Shown one piece after another: positions 29,029 to 32,000 of a stretch of DNA of 32,000 bases. Source of the stretch: Candidatus Electrothrix yaqonensis (GTDB lineage: Bacteria; Desulfobacterota; Desulfobulbia; Desulfobulbales; Desulfobulbaceae); contig CP178758.1 in the NCBI GenBank assembly GCA_047651235.1, positions 1,710,001 through 1,742,000 of the forward strand, given 5' to 3'. The position numbers and the translations under genes were made by a program. A model generated the notes under the pieces. That model did no database searches, was not told where the DNA came from, and saw only the letters and a list, made by a program, of their open reading frames with translations. Position 1 is the stretch's first letter; each line of letters begins with the position of its first letter.

Positions 29029-32000
29029 ATGAGCCGTGATGCCTTGATTGTCGGAATCAACAGCTATCACCACCTGTCGCAGTTAGCAGCACCAGCCAGT
29101 GATGCGGAAGCGGTTTACCGTCTGCTGTTTCAATACGGCGGCTTTGACAATATCAAACCCCTACCGCTGATTTATGATAATGGCGGAGAAGGCTTTGCTG
29201 TAGGCAAAACTACGTCGCTCAGTCATGAGGATCTGGAAGAAGCCTTAATTGAGCTGTTCAACCCGAAAGGCAGGGCTGCGGAAACGGCCCTGTTTTACTT
29301 TTCCGGGCATGGTCAGCGCAGGGTTCGGGGCGGCATCAGTGAGGGATATCTGGCGACCAGCGACAGCCAGACCAGCGGCGGCAACATGGGCATATCCCTG
29401 GACTGGCTGCGCAAACTGCTGACCGCAAGTCCGGTGCGCAGGCAGATAATTTTGTTTGACTGCTGCTACAGCGGCGAACTGCTCAATCTTGATAAGGCGG
29501 ACCCAAATGACCGGGGCCAAGGCCATGACCGCTGCTTCATTGCCGCCTCCCGAGAGTATCAACTGGCCTATGAACAGAGCAGCGGCAAGCATGGTATCCT
29601 CACCGCAGCTCTGCTCAAGGCCCTTGATCCCAAGGAATATCCCTCCGGTCTGGTGGACAATCATGCGCTGGTGGCGCATTTACAGAAGCACTGGCAGAGT
29701 ACGCTGCAAAGCCCGCTCTGTACCAATTCTGGGGCGCAGATCATCATCACCCGTGATAGAAGCAAAGAGCAGCAAATCGAAATTCCCTATGACTCCAATT
29801 GCCCATATAAAGGACTGAGTTATTTCGACTGCAACGATCACGATGCCGGATATTTTTTCGGGCGCGAATTATTAATCGATCAATTGATTGAGCGAGTGCG
29901 CTCCGGGAACATGCTCGCGGTGCTGGGTCCGTCCGGTTCAGGTAAGTCTTCAGTAGTTCGGGCCGGGTTGCTCTACCATCTGAAACAGGGGGGACGGATA
30001 ACCGGCAGTAAGAATTGGCCGACCTGCATTTTCTCGCCCGGAGAAAAACCGCTGCATAATTTAGCTTGGGCTGTTATCAGCGACAAGACTCCGGACGAAT
30101 TGGAACGCGCCCGAGTTCTGCTGGAGAAGCAGGGCGGTATAGGGTTGGAGCAGTTGCTCCGCGATGAGGAGGGAAGCAGTAACCGGGTGGTGCTGGCAGT
30201 TGATCAGTTTGAGGAGATCTTTACGCTTTGCACAGATAAAGGACATCGGCAGCAGTTTCTGGCCTGTCTGCTTGATGCTGTCAGGATGCCTGACAGCCGG
30301 ATATGTCTGGTGCTCACCATGCGGGCGGATTTCCTGGGCCGCTGCGCTGAACAGGAATATTCCGGTCTGAGCTGCATGATCCAGGAGCATCTGGCAACCA
30401 TCACGCCGATGAACGAAGAGGAACTTCGCGAGGCCATTGTCAGGCCAGCAGAATGCACCGGTCTTGGGGTGGAACCGGAATTGGTCAAGAAGCTTGTTGA
30501 GGAGGTGAAGGATTTGCCCGGCAGTCTGCCTTTGGTTCAGGATATACTGACCGAGCTGTGGCATCGCAATCACGGACAGAAAACAGCCTTGACTCTGAGC
30601 GGATATATTCATCTTGGCGGTATCAGTAAGTTTTTGGGCAGGAGGGCGGACAAGGTGTATGAAGCACTCAAGCCGGAAGAGCAGGTTATAGCCCGGAGGC
30701 TGTTTATTGCGCTGACCCAATTAGGCGAAGGAGCAGAGGATACACGCCGTCAGGTGAGCAAGGAAAAACTGCTGAACAGGCAGGATGTACAAGAAGCAAA
30801 GTCGGTTGATGAAGTTCTTGATAAAATGACCAATGCCCGGCTGATAGTCACTGATGAAGTGCGGGCCAAAGGGGAAGATGCGGGTAGGGCGGTCATTGAT
30901 GTGGCGCATGAAACCTTGATCCGACACTGGAGGAAGCTGCGCACTTGGCTGGATGAAAATCGGGACAATATTCGTTTTCAACGGAGGCTGGAGACAGCAG
31001 CGACGTATTGGAAGGACAGTAACCGACCAAAAGGGCTGCTTTGGCGTTCACCTGATTTGGATCAACTCAAAAAATTTGCTGCAACTGATAGGGAAGAAAT
31101 GGATGCAGTACAGCAGGATTTTTTTGCTGCCAGCCTAAGATCACAACGTAGAGAAAAACTATTTCGTGTTGGTGCGGTGGTGTTCATGATTATGGCTCTC
31201 GCAATCGCTGTTCTCTTTTTTCAGCGAGATGCTGCCCGGCAGAGAAAATTCTTTGAGCAAGAAAAAAAATTTGCTGACGAGCAAACAATATTGATGAAGA
31301 GAGCTGAGAAAAATGAGCAGAAAGCACTTGTTAATCTGACTCGAGCATATGAGGAAAAAGCAAGAAGTTCCTTGCAGGACTCATTTAACGGTGAAAATTC
31401 ATTAGTGAATTTTCAGAAAGCTTGGTTGTATACAATAGAATCTCTAAATCAGAAAATCTCGATTGAAAAGAGTCCGTATAACTCCCTGAACCGGCTAGTT
31501 ACATACAATTTTATCCCGACCCCGAAAGATTATCTCCAAACCAACCCAAGCAGCAAGCAGCTAACCTTGGCCTCTCATCCAGATGCCAAGAATATGGGAT
31601 GGTTTGATCTGCTCAATATCTATCTGAAAGAAGGCCGTGAAAGCCAGCTGTTTAGGGAACTGTATGCGCTTTCCTGGATGGCCTTACCCTATACAAAGGA
31701 AAAAGAAGGCATTGTCCTGAAAATCGACAGAGATGACGACCCGGAATTATGGTCGGAGGGCTATCCCATGTCCGATCCTGCAGAATGGATTGAACAGAGC
31801 TTGGCCAAGGCGTACAATGAAGGCCGGATAGACTTGGAGATTCTCAGGCAAGATAACAAGATAACCGAAAGCAAGTCGGCTGAAATTAAAATCCGAAGTC
31901 TGCTTCTTAAAAGTGAAAAACAAGCCCGTCAGGGAGATTATGCTGAGGCCAGAAAGCTGTTTGAGCAGGCCTTGGCCATAGACGGAGATGGAATGCAGAA
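29029..32000 (+). CDS. Caspase (peptidase C14)-STAND P-loop NTPase (nSTAND1-like) fusion protein with a hydrophobic helix and helical/TPR-like C-terminal region; 3' end beyond the right edge
   Basis: Hand translation from ATG 29029 (GGAGAG RBS) is stop-free through 32000 (990 codons), so it is not in the ORF track. The caspase dyad is FYFSGHG (His94) and ILFDCCYSG (Cys146). CPYKGLSYFDCNDHDAGYFFGRE is followed by Walker A GPSGSGKSS (aa 300-308) and Walker B VVLAVDQFEE. HETLIRHWRKLRTWLDENR follows. The hydrophobic helix is VGAVVFMIMALAIAVLFF (aa 714-731). A TPR-like EKQARQGDYAEARKLFEQALAID sits at the window edge. Minus-strand track ORFs 29245..29679 and 30061..30720 are shadows. Confidence 0.85.
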   Translation, partial: MSRDALIVGINSYHHLSQLAAPASDAEAVYRLLFQYGGFDNIKPLPLIYDNGGEGFAVGKTTSLSHEDLEEALIELFNPKGRAAETALFYFSGHGQRRVRGGISEGYLATSDSQTSGGNMGISLDWLRKLLTASPVRRQIILFDCCYSGELLNLDKADPNDRGQGHDRCFIAASREYQLAYEQSSGKHGILTAALLKALDPKEYPSGLVDNHALVAHLQKHWQSTLQSPLCTNSGAQIIITRDRSKEQQIEIPYDSNCPYKGLSYFDCNDHDAGYFFGRELLIDQLIERVRSGNMLAVLGPSGSGKSSVVRAGLLYHLKQGGRITGSKNWPTCIFSPGEKPLHNLAWAVISDKTPDELERARVLLEKQGGIGLEQLLRDEEGSSNRVVLAVDQFEEIFTLCTDKGHRQQFLACLLDAVRMPDSRICLVLTMRADFLGRCAEQEYSGLSCMIQEHLATITPMNEEELREAIVRPAECTGLGVEPELVKKLVEEVKDLPGSLPLVQDILTELWHRNHGQKTALTLSGYIHLGGISKFLGRRADKVYEALKPEEQVIARRLFIALTQLGEGAEDTRRQVSKEKLLNRQDVQEAKSVDEVLDKMTNARLIVTDEVRAKGEDAGRAVIDVAHETLIRHWRKLRTWLDENRDNIRFQRRLETAATYWKDSNRPKGLLWRSPDLDQLKKFAATDREEMDAVQQDFFAASLRSQRREKLFRVGAVVFMIMALAIAVLFFQRDAARQRKFFEQEKKFADEQTILMKRAEKNEQKALVNLTRAYEEKARSSLQDSFNGENSLVNFQKAWLYTIESLNQKISIEKSPYNSLNRLVTYNFIPTPKDYLQTNPSSKQLTLASHPDAKNMGWFDLLNIYLKEGRESQLFRELYALSWMALPYTKEKEGIVLKIDRDDDPELWSEGYPMSDPAEWIEQSLAKAYNEGRIDLEILRQDNKITESKSAEIKIRSLLLKSEKQARQGDYAEARKLFEQALAIDGDGMQ

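Noticed and set aside
29245-30981. Minus-strand ORFs 29245-29679, 30061-30720, 30204-30488, 30721-30981, 30750-30968, and plus-strand out-of-frame ORFs 29456-29818 and 30164-30370
   Set aside because: All lie within the stop-free plus-strand frame from 29029, which carries the caspase dyad and Walker A/B motifs. They are shadow ORFs.
1-32000. Search by eye for CRISPR arrays, rRNA/tRNA genes, integrase/att sites and prophage structural genes
   Set aside because: I saw no regularly spaced direct repeats with unique spacers, no tRNA-like cloverleaf candidates next to the accessory segments, and no tyrosine or serine recombinase ORF. Absence by eye is not proof; tRNAscan-SE, Infernal and a CRISPR finder should be run.

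Overview
This 32-kb window comes from a Gram-negative bacterium, as shown by the Tol-Pal cluster. Core genes look roughly 55-60% G+C on hand-counted lines. The gene content is reminiscent of Desulfobacterota, but the taxon cannot be verified here.

Positions 1 to ~16.4 kb are housekeeping, mostly on the minus strand. They hold trpE (partial, runs off the left edge), rpsT, secreted pentapeptide-repeat and SH3b proteins, tlyA, and cpoB-tolB-tolA-tolR-tolQ with no pal. These are followed by a TrxR-like flavoprotein, a YbgC-type thioesterase and a DUF4405-like membrane protein. The block ends with a Cpx-like envelope-stress module: CpxP/Spy-like and EF-hand periplasmic proteins divergent from an OmpR-type response regulator and histidine kinase.

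From ~16.45 kb the window is largely accessory and mosaic. In order it contains:
- a decayed vapBC-type toxin-antitoxin (TA) pair
- a PIN/RHH pair
- a lower-GC two-gene unit encoding a 983-aa secreted M23+CHAP multidomain hydrolase
- core zwf
- a Tat-signal hypothetical protein
- an IS200/IS605 element
- a eukaryote-style fused hisHF
- IS630 and ISAzo13 debris
- an RHH/RelE TA pair with duplicated promoter/operator repeats
- a mutS 3' scar

At the right edge sits a Trypco1-like small gene followed by a caspase-STAND NTPase ORF of at least 990 codons. That ORF is absent from the ORF track because it has no stop in the window. This pair is the best candidate for an uncharacterised conflict/defence system. 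I saw no rRNA, tRNA or CRISPR array by eye. All family assignments are from motif recognition only; no searches were run.
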